Assembly: GCA_025435355.1 (NCBI GenBank)
Contig: JANJFQ010000001.1
Coordinates: forward strand, 1 to 61,394
Direction of reading: 5' to 3'
DNA: 61,394 nt
DNA from: Candidatus Methanophagales archaeon
GTDB lineage: Archaea; Halobacteriota; Syntropharchaeia; Alkanophagales; Methanospirareceae
Notes under the pieces: model-generated
What the model was told of the DNA's origin: nothing
What the model saw: the letters and a program-made list of their open reading frames with translations, nothing else
Database searches by the model: none
Made by a program: the position numbers and the translations under genes
Shown: positions 1 through 9,196 of the stretch, one piece after another
How the letters are laid out: every line of letters starts with the position of its first letter
How positions within the stretch are numbered: position 1 is the stretch's first letter

Positions 1-558
1 GTGGTGGACGGCATTGAATTGGGCTCCATTGAATATGGCGTAGAGCACTGCCACACGCCTGTGCTGGTGGTGCTTGGACATTCGAGTTGCGGCGCGGTTA
101 CCGCGGCTGTTGGAGGCGGTGTCGAAGGAAATATTGGGACCATCATGGCTGAAATCGAGCCCGCACTGGAAACCGCGAAAGAAACCAACAAAACCGGCAC
201 GGAACTGATAGAAGAAACGGTGAATGAAAACGTGAAGTTGGTCATCCAAAACATACTGAATAGAAGCCAGGTTACGAAAGAGCTTGTTGAAAACGGAAAG
301 CTGGAGATAGTGGGCGCCAAATACTTCCTCGATACTGGAGAAGTAGAAGTAATAGAAGTAGTAGATGCTACTTCGCTTGCCGAAGTTACAACGCCAGCAC
401 CTGAGGAAACGCCAGTAGCGACGCCAACGGCAACACCAACGGCTGAAGAACCAACACCAACACCAACACCGACGCAAGCACCAGGCTTTGGGGCTGTCCT
501 CGCCATGGCAGGAATCCTTGTAGTTGCATATTTTGTATTGCTGCGAAGAAGAATGTGA
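1..558 (+). CDS. beta-class carbonic anhydrase, C-terminal part (5' end cut by window edge), with Pro/Thr linker and PGF-CTERM sorting signal
   Basis: ORF is open to base 1. 'VLGHSSCGAV' fits the HxxC zinc-ligand motif of beta-CAs. A PT-rich linker (TPAPEETPVATPTATPTAEEPTPTPTPT) is followed by 'PGFGAVLAMAGILVVAYFVLLRRRM' (PGF + TM + basic tail). Confidence 0.7.
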   Translation: MVDGIELGSIEYGVEHCHTPVLVVLGHSSCGAVTAAVGGGVEGNIGTIMAEIEPALETAKETNKTGTELIEETVNENVKLVIQNILNRSQVTKELVENGKLEIVGAKYFLDTGEVEVIEVVDATSLAEVTTPAPEETPVATPTATPTAEEPTPTPTPTQAPGFGAVLAMAGILVVAYFVLLRRRM

Positions 559-720
559 AACGAAAAAATTAGATTAGGGGATTTATTTTTTATTCCTCTT
601 ATTTTATTTTTTTCGCTTTAAGCAAAAATCGAAAAATTTTTATAACTCCCTTATGCAAAGTGATATGGGTGCCATAAAACGGTACAAAGTAAAGGCGAAA
701 AATAGGGGGTATGTAATAAA

Positions 721-1119
721 ATGGAACTAAACTTGGAAGAAGCAAAGAGGGTTGTAGAGGCGGCAGAAGCAAAAGCGGGAGCGATAGGTGTGCCGATGAA
801 CATTGCAGTTGTGGATGTAGGTGGGAACTTAGTGGCTTTTGAAAGGATGGACAATGCATGGTTAGGGAGCATAAACATAGCCATGAACAAGGCATTTACT
901 GCTGTTGCGTTCAACATGACGACTGAAGATCTGGGTAAAGCGTCACAGCCTGAAAAATCGCTATTTGGCATACATGCGACGAACATGGGTAGATTGGTAA
1001 TATTCGGAGGAGGAATTCCACTGAGGAAAGGTGGTGAGCTTGTAGGTGCAATTGGTGTCAGCGGAGGAGCTGTACCTCAGGATATAGAAGTTGCAGAGGC
1101 TGGCGTAAAGGCATTTTAA
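721..1119 (+). CDS. GlcG/HbpS-like (DUF336) heme-binding family protein
   Basis: 132 aa. 'AIGVPMNIAVVDVGGNLVAFERMD...AIGVSGG' is the typical GlcG/PduO-C pattern. Confidence 0.7.
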   Translation: MELNLEEAKRVVEAAEAKAGAIGVPMNIAVVDVGGNLVAFERMDNAWLGSINIAMNKAFTAVAFNMTTEDLGKASQPEKSLFGIHATNMGRLVIFGGGIPLRKGGELVGAIGVSGGAVPQDIEVAEAGVKAF

Positions 1120-1180
1120 TAGATAAAATATACTCAGCTTCTCCCTTTTTATTTTTTGAATAAATTCCGGAGAAAAGTTT

Positions 1181-1939
1181 ATGGAAACGGAACGAATTCT
1201 TCTAAAGAAGTGTTTGGCAGAGTTGATAGGGACGTTCATCCTCGTGTATATAGGAGCAGGCGCAGCTGCTATCACTATTCTACTTGCAAAAGGAGAGACA
1301 TGGCAATCCGATTTTCTTTGTAAAGGAATAGGTGCTCTCGGCGGTCTTGCCGATTGGCTCTCAATAGGAATCGCTTTTGCTATTGCAGTAGCCGCATCAA
1401 TTTACATCTTTGGGCATATATCAGGATGTCATATCAACCCCGCGGTGACACTAGCTTTATGGGCAGTAAAGAGATTTCCGGGGAAAGAGGTTATTCCTTA
1501 TATTATTTCCCAGTTGATAGGTGCTGCTCTGGCAAGCATTTTATTCGTTATAATAGTGGGTAAACGTGCAGCAACAGATGGATGTTGCGGTGCCACTGCA
1601 TTATTTCCCGGTATCAGCTATGCGCAGGGGATTTTAAATGAGGCAGTGATTACGTTTTTTTTGATGCTCACTATCATGGCATTGGCAGTTGATGAAAGGA
1701 CACCAAAGCAGTTCGCTGGCTTAATCATTGGTCTGGTAGTAGGCGGGGGCATAATCACTACGGGTAACATTACCGGGGCGTCATTTAATCCTGCAAGAAC
1801 ATTTGGACCTTATGTCGGAAACACTTTGTTTGGAGGACCAAATCTTTGGGCTCAGTTCCCAATATATATCATAGGTCCCGTAATTGGAGCGATTATTGCG
1901 GCTTTCTTATATACTTACATAGCTGGACTTAAAACGTAA
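1181..1939 (+). CDS. aqpM: aquaporin / MIP channel (AqpM-like)
   Basis: Two NPA boxes ('HINPAVT', 'SFNPART') in a 6-TM protein of 252 aa. Confidence 0.85.
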   Translation: METERILLKKCLAELIGTFILVYIGAGAAAITILLAKGETWQSDFLCKGIGALGGLADWLSIGIAFAIAVAASIYIFGHISGCHINPAVTLALWAVKRFPGKEVIPYIISQLIGAALASILFVIIVGKRAATDGCCGATALFPGISYAQGILNEAVITFFLMLTIMALAVDERTPKQFAGLIIGLVVGGGIITTGNITGASFNPARTFGPYVGNTLFGGPNLWAQFPIYIIGPVIGAIIAAFLYTYIAGLKT

Positions 1940-2072
1940 ATCTCTGAAGAAAGAGAGTATGCCATCGATGCTGTTTGCGTTTTTAAATTATTTGTCAGTA
2001 GTTGCGTATGTTGCTATCCTAAATTTCTTTCAGAAACGGGGGCGTTCGGAAGTACTGATAAAAAAGAAGGGG

Positions 2073-2994
2073 TTATAACCCCAGTTCCTTCAACTTCTCT
2101 TCCGTAGGATGCCCGTTTTCATCGTAACCCCGCTTCTCATAATACACCGTGAGCATCTTCTCTAAGGGATGCACCTTCCCCTTTGCGGGTCCTTCCGGCA
2201 TCGGCTCCTTTAGCAGTCTCTCAGGCAGCGTGTCATCCTTCCTCCCGAACCCCTCTCGCTTGTTAAACATCCTTTCCAGTGCGAATATCCGCTCACCAGT
2301 CTTTAAAAACTCTTTCTCTCCATAAACCATCCCAGCCCGCTGCACCTGCAATCATGTCCGCATACTCCTCTGCACCCACGGCAAAAGTCAGGAATATGCA
2401 ATTAACCGCGGAATCAATCGCAGCATAGAAGTCCTGGAACAATATCGTCAAGTCCACCCTTTCTTCACTCGCATCAAATGGATCAACCTTCAGCGGCGAC
2501 CTGACTGCCTCAACTGCAATCGTATATCCGCTGACATGACAGCCTCCCCGGTTCGCAGTTGCGAAAATCAATCCTATGCCCATTGCTCCCCTTGGGTCGT
2601 ATGCAGGAAGCTCAAGCCCTTTCACCTGCATCGTATAATAATCTGCGCCTTTTCCTATCTTCTCTGCTGCTTTCCTCGTCCCATCCGCTAAGACATCGCC
2701 AAAACCTTCTCGCTTCGCTATCAGTTCTGTCATACTTACCATCGCTTTATCATCACCGAATTTTAGTTTGAAACCAACATCCTTCTTGGAAATTATCCCT
2801 TTTTCGAAAAGTTCCATCGCAAATCCTATGGTATTGCCCACGGAAATCGTGTCCAGTCCATATTCGTTACATATATAGTTCACTTTCGCAAGCGCACCCA
2901 AATCACTCACGCCGCACTGACCACCGAATGCCCAGCTCGTCTCATATTCGAGATTCTCTCCTTCTATTCCTTTATACTTCCCTTTATCTACAAT
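2073..2994 (-). pseudogene. aldehyde:ferredoxin oxidoreductase (AOR family) remnant, 5'-truncated and frameshifted
   Basis: The reading frame continues upstream of the tracked ORF ('IVDKGKYKGIEGENLEYETSWAFGGQCGVSDLGA...') to an in-frame TGA at 2995-2997, with no start codon. About the N-terminal half of an AOR is missing. The C-terminal part is split between two frames near 2322-2335 ('...AGAAGWD' / 'YGEKEFLKTGERIF...DDTLPERL...YYEKRGYDENGHPT'). Confidence 0.75.
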
Positions 2995-3102
2995 TCACGT
3001 GTAAATAACGCATTGTCAGAGCCATATGAGAAAACAAGTTTCAGCTTAAAGCCATCCCAATATCACACTTTATATACCTGTGTTATATAAAATGGTTGTG
3101 AT

Positions 3103-3675
3103 ATGAAAATGAATGTGAAACTATTCCCGGTAGCGGTAACGGCACTCGTGATGCTTTCGGCTTTCGCCGGTGCCTGTATGCAAAACGTATTTGCCTATAA
3201 TCACGCATCAGGTAATGCAACGCATAGTATAGCAATCGTTCCTAATCCCAACCAAATAACCCATGTGAACATCGTTGTTGAAGAGACAAAACGAATGATT
3301 GAATCCAAATCCGAAGATGTCACTTTACTGGATGTGAGAACAGCGGATGAGTATCACACAGCGCATATAGAGGACGCAACATTGATTCCAGTCGCAGAGT
3401 TAAGTAATCGAACGGAGGAGTTGAACAAGAGCAAGAAAATCATTGTTTATTGTCGAAGTGGTAAGCGGAGTGTTACAGCCAGCGGTATTCTTATAGAGCA
3501 TGGGTTCGACAGGGTTTACAACGTGCTTGGTGGAATAAACGCATGGGAAGAAAGTGGTTATGCCGTTGTTCCTTCCACAACTCCTGAACAGCCAGGATTC
3601 GAATCAGTTCTTGCAATTGCTGGTTTGCTTGCCGTTGCCTGTTGGATAAGGTGCAAGAAGGTATCGTTTAAGTGA
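3103..3675 (+). CDS. secreted single-domain rhodanese (sulfurtransferase) with signal peptide and PGF-CTERM anchor
   Basis: N-terminal hydrophobic signal sequence, active-site loop 'VYCRSGKRS', and C-terminal 'PGFESVLAIAGLLAVACWIRCKK'. Confidence 0.75.
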   Translation: MKMNVKLFPVAVTALVMLSAFAGACMQNVFAYNHASGNATHSIAIVPNPNQITHVNIVVEETKRMIESKSEDVTLLDVRTADEYHTAHIEDATLIPVAELSNRTEELNKSKKIIVYCRSGKRSVTASGILIEHGFDRVYNVLGGINAWEESGYAVVPSTTPEQPGFESVLAIAGLLAVACWIRCKKVSFK

Positions 3676-3787
3676 CCCGGGAAATGTAAGGACAAAATCG
3701 TATGCACGTAAATTATTGACATAGCTTTTCATATCCTTTTTATATAAACAGTAACAAGTATATATAACTAAAATAGGTGGTGATAAT

Positions 3788-4051
3788 ATGCAGGAAAAGG
3801 TAAACGAGGTTATAGAAAAGGAGATAAGACCGCTTTTGGCGATGGACGGCGGCAGTATCGAACTAGTAAGCGTGGAGAACGGCGTGGTGAAAGTGAGGTT
3901 GAGTGGTGCATGTGCGGGATGTCCGATGAGTCAATACACACTGGTGAACTTCGTTGAAGCGACGTTGAAGGAAAAGGTCCCTGAGGTGAAGGAAGTAATT
4001 GCGGTTGATGACTTCAAGGACCGGTTTGGACCAGGGCGGAGTTGCTATTAA
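3788..4051 (+). CDS. NifU-like (Nfu C-terminal domain) Fe-S scaffold/carrier protein
   Basis: 'IRPLLAMDGGSIELVSVENGVVKVRLSGACAGCPMS' is the canonical Nfu CxxC domain. Confidence 0.75.
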   Translation: MQEKVNEVIEKEIRPLLAMDGGSIELVSVENGVVKVRLSGACAGCPMSQYTLVNFVEATLKEKVPEVKEVIAVDDFKDRFGPGRSCY

Positions 4052-4055
4052 ATTG

Positions 4056-4796
4056 GTGGATGAGGATGTTTCTCTAAGTGAATCCGAATTGAGGAGATAC
4101 GAGAGACAGATACGGCTATTTGGAGAGGAAGGGCAGAAGAGTCTTAAAAAGACGAAAGTTACAATTGCTGGCGCTGGTGGACTCGGTTCTGTCTCAGCAG
4201 CATATTTAACGGTTGCAGGAGTTGGAAGGATAAGAGTCGTGGATAATGATGTAGTAGAATTGAGCAATTTAAATCGTCAGATATTGCATTGGGAAAAGGA
4301 TATAGGACGGAGGAAAGCGGAATCGTTTGAGGGAAAACTCTCGCAGATGAATCCGGAGGTGGAAGTGGCGGTACTGAACGAGAAGATAGTAGAGGATAAT
4401 GTTGCTGAGATTGTTTGCGATTCTGATTTGATAGTGGATGCGATGGACAACTTTCAAACGAGATACTTGCTGAACAGGGTTGCTTTAGAGAAGAATATGC
4501 TTTTTTTTCATGGAGGCGTGTATGGATTTGAGGGTCAGGTGACAACGATAATTCCGGGTGAGACAGCTTGTTTAAGGTGCATATTCCCTGAAGCACCTGC
4601 TCCAGAAACTTTTCCCGTAATAGGCGCTACGTGTGGTGTGATAGGTGGTATTCAAGCAACAGAAGTGGTGAAATATATTGTGGGTGTGGGGGAGCTGCTA
4701 ACAAACAGGCTTTTGGTATGGGATGGATTGGATGCGAGGATAGAGGAGTTTGCAGTTGAGAGGAACCCGGCGTGTGTGGAGTGCGGTGATTTTTAG
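4056..4796 (+). CDS. ThiF/MoeB/HesA-family E1-like adenylyltransferase
   Basis: 'LRRYERQIRLFG', the nucleotide loop 'IAGAGGLGS', and Cys pairs 'CLRC' / 'CVEC'. I set the start at GTG 4056, just after the NifU stop. The ORF-track ATG at 3999 would overlap NifU by 53 nt. Confidence 0.8.
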   Translation: MDEDVSLSESELRRYERQIRLFGEEGQKSLKKTKVTIAGAGGLGSVSAAYLTVAGVGRIRVVDNDVVELSNLNRQILHWEKDIGRRKAESFEGKLSQMNPEVEVAVLNEKIVEDNVAEIVCDSDLIVDAMDNFQTRYLLNRVALEKNMLFFHGGVYGFEGQVTTIIPGETACLRCIFPEAPAPETFPVIGATCGVIGGIQATEVVKYIVGVGELLTNRLLVWDGLDARIEEFAVERNPACVECGDF

Positions 4797-4832
4797 TATT
4801 TATAAGTCCACAGGATATTAGCGATTATAGGG

Positions 4833-6311
4833 GTGCCATACGCGATGATAAGCCCTGTGATTAAAATTGCTCCTTCAAGATTTCCAAATGAGATATGCGA
4901 GATTGAGGTTAAAAGGGACGTTTCTAAATGCATAAACTGTGGCACATGCGCTAAGGTATGCCCTTTCGGAGTTCATGAAAGAAAAACGGGTTATAATAGG
5001 ATTTCTAAGCCTTTAAGTCACCTCTGTATGGGCACTTCATGTGAAGATAAACCTTTTTACTGCGTCAATCGCTGCCCCCGAAAAGCGCTTTCCCTGGTCA
5101 TAAGCCCTGAATACAGAACTATTGGGGATTATCGCTGGACTCGTGACCTTATAATCGGAACATGGTGGCATGCAGAAACAGGAATACCGCTTAATGGGAG
5201 AAGATACGAAATTGGGAACTCCGGGGGTGGTTTTGACCGCATAATCTTAAATTTCCCGAAGGATGGCGTAAAAGACGATATTGAAGATGAAGATATAAGC
5301 ACTGAGATAGACCTCAATAAGAGGGGTGATGGGAAGAAAATCAATATTAAAGTACCGTTCTACGGCGGTGGGATGTCTTTTGGCTCTGTCAGTCTATCAG
5401 TAATGCTTGCAAAAGCAAAAGCAGCGAGAGCATGGAGCACATTTACCTGCACGGGTGAGGGTGGCTACCCGGAAGAATTAAAAGAATACGATGATAACGT
5501 GATTACACAGGTTGCAACCGGGTTATTTGGTGTGATGGAAGACACCATTCAACGTGTAAAGATTGTTGAATTAAAATATGCACAGGGTGCAAAGCCGGGT
5601 CTTGGTGGGCATTTACTGAGCGATAAAGTAACAACAGAAGTTGCACGTATGCGAGAAGCTGTTTCAGGGAGTAGCTTGTTTTCTCCTTTCCCATTTCATA
5701 GCGTCTATTCGGTGGAAGACCATAAAAAACATGTAGATTGGATAAAAGAGATAAATCCTGATGCCATTGTCTCTGTAAAGGTTTCAACGCCCACGGATGT
5801 AGATATGGTGGCAGTGGGGAGCTATTACGCGGGTGCAAATATTCTTCATCTTGATGGTAGTTACGGTGGCACGGGAGCGGCACCCGATATTGCGAAGAAG
5901 AATATCGCAATGCCTGTCGAATATGCGATACCGAAGGTGCATGAGTTTCTTAAAGAGGAGGGCATACGAGATAAGATGACGGTTATCGCAAGCGGTGGTA
6001 TAAGAACAGCTTATGATGCGGCAAAAGCGATTGCTCTGGGTGCCGATGGCGTTGTTATCGGCACAGCCGAGCTCGTTGCACTGGGATGTGTCCGGTGCGG
6101 TAACTGTGAGTCCGGGAGGGGATGCTCGCGTGGAATTACAACAACCGACCCGGAACTTTCCAAAGCCGTTGATACCGAATGGGGTGCTCAACGCCTGATT
6201 AATCTATATGCTTCGTGGAGAAGCGAGATTGTTGGTATCCTTAAAAGGCTCGAAATGAAGAGTATAAAGGAATTGGTAGGGAGATACGATTGTTTGTATT
6301 ATCTGGAATGA
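4833..6311 (+). CDS. gltB: archaeal glutamate synthase FMN-binding subunit (GltB domain 2) with N-terminal ferredoxin-like Cys clusters
   Basis: 'CINCGTCAKVCPFG'; FMN/synthase core 'ELKYAQGAKPGLGGHL', 'LDGSYGGTGAAP', 'ASGGIRT'; C-terminal 'CVRCGNCESGRGC'. Confidence 0.8.
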   Translation: MPYAMISPVIKIAPSRFPNEICEIEVKRDVSKCINCGTCAKVCPFGVHERKTGYNRISKPLSHLCMGTSCEDKPFYCVNRCPRKALSLVISPEYRTIGDYRWTRDLIIGTWWHAETGIPLNGRRYEIGNSGGGFDRIILNFPKDGVKDDIEDEDISTEIDLNKRGDGKKINIKVPFYGGGMSFGSVSLSVMLAKAKAARAWSTFTCTGEGGYPEELKEYDDNVITQVATGLFGVMEDTIQRVKIVELKYAQGAKPGLGGHLLSDKVTTEVARMREAVSGSSLFSPFPFHSVYSVEDHKKHVDWIKEINPDAIVSVKVSTPTDVDMVAVGSYYAGANILHLDGSYGGTGAAPDIAKKNIAMPVEYAIPKVHEFLKEEGIRDKMTVIASGGIRTAYDAAKAIALGADGVVIGTAELVALGCVRCGNCESGRGCSRGITTTDPELSKAVDTEWGAQRLINLYASWRSEIVGILKRLEMKSIKELVGRYDCLYYLE

Positions 6312-6362
6312 AATTCATATTTTAAACTATAAAAATAATAAGAACAAGAAGGAAACGAAGTC

Positions 6363-8909
6363 ATGAAGCTATACAAATCCGAGGCGGAAGGTGGATGTGG
6401 TGTCGTCGGTTTCGCATCCACGATTCCAATCAGGGGTAAGCACATATTTGAACCCGCTATACAGATGCATAACCGTGGTAACGGAAAGGGAGGCGGTATT
6501 GCCGCAGTTGGTCTCTCTCACGAAGACCTCGGAGTTACAGAATCAATACTTAAAAACGATTATTTGCTACTGATAGCATTACTCAACCCGGAAGCCCGCA
6601 GCGAGATAGAAAAGGCGTTCATAACGCCTTTGATGAACGTTGATAAGTCAGAAAGGATACCAACCGTTTCGGATTATCGCAAGATAAAGGGGTTAGAGAC
6701 AAAACCACCGGATGTATGGCGCTATTTTGTCCGTGTTAAAGAGGATGTGCTTGATAGGTTCATAATGGGAAATAAATTAGAGGATAGAGACCGAAGAAGA
6801 GCAGAAGACGAGTTCATCTATCAAAACAGTTTCAAAATCAATACGAAGTTCTACGCTTCGCTCGGCGAAAAGAGTGCGTTTGTGCTCTCTCATGGCAGGA
6901 ATATGATGATATTGAAGATAGTTGGCTATGCAGAGGACATTGTAAGATACTATGGGCTTGAGGATTTCAGAGCTCATGTCTGGATAGCGCATCAGCGTTA
7001 TCCCACAAAGGGTAGGGTCTGGCATCCGGGCGGTGCACACCCATTCATGGGCATGCATGAAGCTCTCGTTCACAATGGTGATTTCGCTAACTATCATTCC
7101 GTGGTGGAATATCTTGAACAGCGTGGCAGACATCCTCTATTCTTGACCGATACAGAGGTTTCCGTTCTGCTATTTGACCTGTTAAACCGGCAGTATAACT
7201 ATCCGCTGGAGTATATTATAGAGGCAATGGCGCCAACGACCGAGCTTGACTTTGATATGCTACCCGCAGAAAAGCAGAAGATATACCACGCTATACAGAC
7301 TACGCATATACATGGTTCACCTGACGGACCCTGGTTTTTTATAATTGCGAGAACCGAGCCTTACGAGAACTATTTCCAGTTGATTGGGATAACGGATACC
7401 GCTATGCTGAGACCGCAGGTATTTGCACTTGTAGATGGAGAAGATGTCCCGATAGGGCTCATCGCTTCGGAAAAGCAAGCGATAGATGCAACACTTAAGA
7501 GTTTATCTGAGGAGGATAAGAGAGTTCCTTCTGTCGCGGATAAGTACTGGAATGCACGTGGCGGAAGCTATACCGACGGCGGTGCTTTTATATTCACAAT
7601 AAAGGGTGCTGAGAAGAAAACTCTCGTATGCACCAATAAGTTCGGCGAAGTTATAAAAACACCCGAATATCAGACGCACTGCGATTTCACAAAACCTGTC
7701 ACGACACTCCAGAATTGCGATAGGCAAGGAGAAAAGATAAAGGCAGAATTGAAAAGTCCGCTAAACGTATTCGAGTTCTTGAGAAGAGGCGTTAAGGATT
7801 GGGATTGTAACAAACTACGATGGACTGTATCCGAGCTTACAAAGTATGCAAATGAAGATGAGCGGAGCAAGGCGATTGTGGTAGAGGGTTTAACGCTCCT
7901 TAACGACCGCAGGTATGACACAGGTACTAAAAAGAGGAGTTCGGTAGCCCAGATTGTAAAAGAAGCACTTCACATGATATTTGATGAGACACTGGCGATA
8001 GAGGCAAAAAGCGCGGGTATCTATCATTTGATTTGCTGGTCGAATAAGGACCGTTTTAGACCGCCGGAGAGAGAAGACGATATTTTGATAGTAAATGCGG
8101 CGAAATTTCCACCCGAAGGAGAAGAGAGTGATGCGAGGCTTATTGTAAAGGCTTATGAAATGTGCTGGAAGAGGTTTATTGTATATAACGCACATGGGCA
8201 GCGTTTTTGCGGCTCAGGATTAGGTCCTGATACAACAGGTGTGCGGATTGATGTTTATGATAGCCCCGGGGATTATCTCGGCTCATCTATGGATGGTGCG
8301 GAACTTTACGTACACGGAAATGGGCAGGACCAGCTCGGGCAGATATTGAAGAATGGAAAACTCGTTGTCTTCGGTGATGTCGGACAGACGTTCATGTATG
8401 GGGCAAAAGGAGGAGAAGCATACGTGTCGGGAAATGCGGCTGGCAGACCACTTATAAACGCAGTGGGAAAGCCTCGCGTGGTGATAAATGGGACATGTCT
8501 TGATTATTTAGCGGAATCCTTCATGGCTGGTGAACCTCTAAATGGCGGCGGCTTTGTAGTGGTGAATGGGCTCGAACCCGATGAGAAAGGTAATTTTATA
8601 GAACAGGATACGCCATATCCGGGTTCAAACTTGTTTTCACTTGCTTCCGGCGGTGCGATTTATATAAGAGACCCGCATTGTAAGCTGATAGAGGAGCAAT
8701 TAAACGGTGGTGAATTCTCAATCCTTACGGCAGAAGATTGGGCGCTTATTTTACCTTATTTAAAAGAAAACGAGAGGTTTTTTGGTATATCCGTCGAAAA
8801 TGACCTTCTGGTTGTAAATGGCGATAAGAAAACACCGCAAGAGGTGTATAGAAAGGTTAAGCCGGTAAAGACTTCTGTTCTTGTGGAGTGTCATGATGCG
8901 GATGAATAA
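6363..8909 (+). CDS. fusion of glutamate synthase class-II glutamine amidotransferase domain and GXGXG (GltB domain 3) domain
   Basis: N-terminal 'GGCGVVGF' (Ntn Cys) plus 'HQRYPTKG...HPF'. C-terminal 'YNAHGQRFCGSGLG...VHGNGQDQLGQILKNGKLVVFGDVGQTFMYGAKGGEAYVSGNAAGRP'. Confidence 0.75.
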   Translation: MKLYKSEAEGGCGVVGFASTIPIRGKHIFEPAIQMHNRGNGKGGGIAAVGLSHEDLGVTESILKNDYLLLIALLNPEARSEIEKAFITPLMNVDKSERIPTVSDYRKIKGLETKPPDVWRYFVRVKEDVLDRFIMGNKLEDRDRRRAEDEFIYQNSFKINTKFYASLGEKSAFVLSHGRNMMILKIVGYAEDIVRYYGLEDFRAHVWIAHQRYPTKGRVWHPGGAHPFMGMHEALVHNGDFANYHSVVEYLEQRGRHPLFLTDTEVSVLLFDLLNRQYNYPLEYIIEAMAPTTELDFDMLPAEKQKIYHAIQTTHIHGSPDGPWFFIIARTEPYENYFQLIGITDTAMLRPQVFALVDGEDVPIGLIASEKQAIDATLKSLSEEDKRVPSVADKYWNARGGSYTDGGAFIFTIKGAEKKTLVCTNKFGEVIKTPEYQTHCDFTKPVTTLQNCDRQGEKIKAELKSPLNVFEFLRRGVKDWDCNKLRWTVSELTKYANEDERSKAIVVEGLTLLNDRRYDTGTKKRSSVAQIVKEALHMIFDETLAIEAKSAGIYHLICWSNKDRFRPPEREDDILIVNAAKFPPEGEESDARLIVKAYEMCWKRFIVYNAHGQRFCGSGLGPDTTGVRIDVYDSPGDYLGSSMDGAELYVHGNGQDQLGQILKNGKLVVFGDVGQTFMYGAKGGEAYVSGNAAGRPLINAVGKPRVVINGTCLDYLAESFMAGEPLNGGGFVVVNGLEPDEKGNFIEQDTPYPGSNLFSLASGGAIYIRDPHCKLIEEQLNGGEFSILTAEDWALILPYLKENERFFGISVENDLLVVNGDKKTPQEVYRKVKPVKTSVLVECHDADE

Positions 8910-8965
8910 ATAGCACCAAAAAATTTGTAAGATACTTTTTATTTTATTTTAAGAGATGATGTAAT

Positions 8966-9196
8966 ATGGAAGAAGGAATAAGTTTTGAGGAAGCGATGAA
9001 GAGGTTAGAGAGGATAGTGGAAATGCTGGGTGAAGGGAATCTTTCTCTGGAAGAATCACTGAAGATATTTGAGGAGGGTATGGGACTGTGCAAGTTTTGC
9101 AATAAGAAGTTAGACGAGGCAGAATATAAAGTGGAGAAGTTGATGGAGAATGAAGGAGGGGGGATAAGCGTGGAGGAATTCGAGGTGAAGGAGTGA
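8966..9196 (+). CDS. xseB: exodeoxyribonuclease VII small subunit-like
   Basis: 76 aa. 'SFEEAMKRLERIVEMLGEGNLSLEESLKIFEEGMGLCKFCNKKLDEAE' matches the XseB helical hairpin pattern. Confidence 0.6.
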   Translation: MEEGISFEEAMKRLERIVEMLGEGNLSLEESLKIFEEGMGLCKFCNKKLDEAEYKVEKLMENEGGGISVEEFEVKE

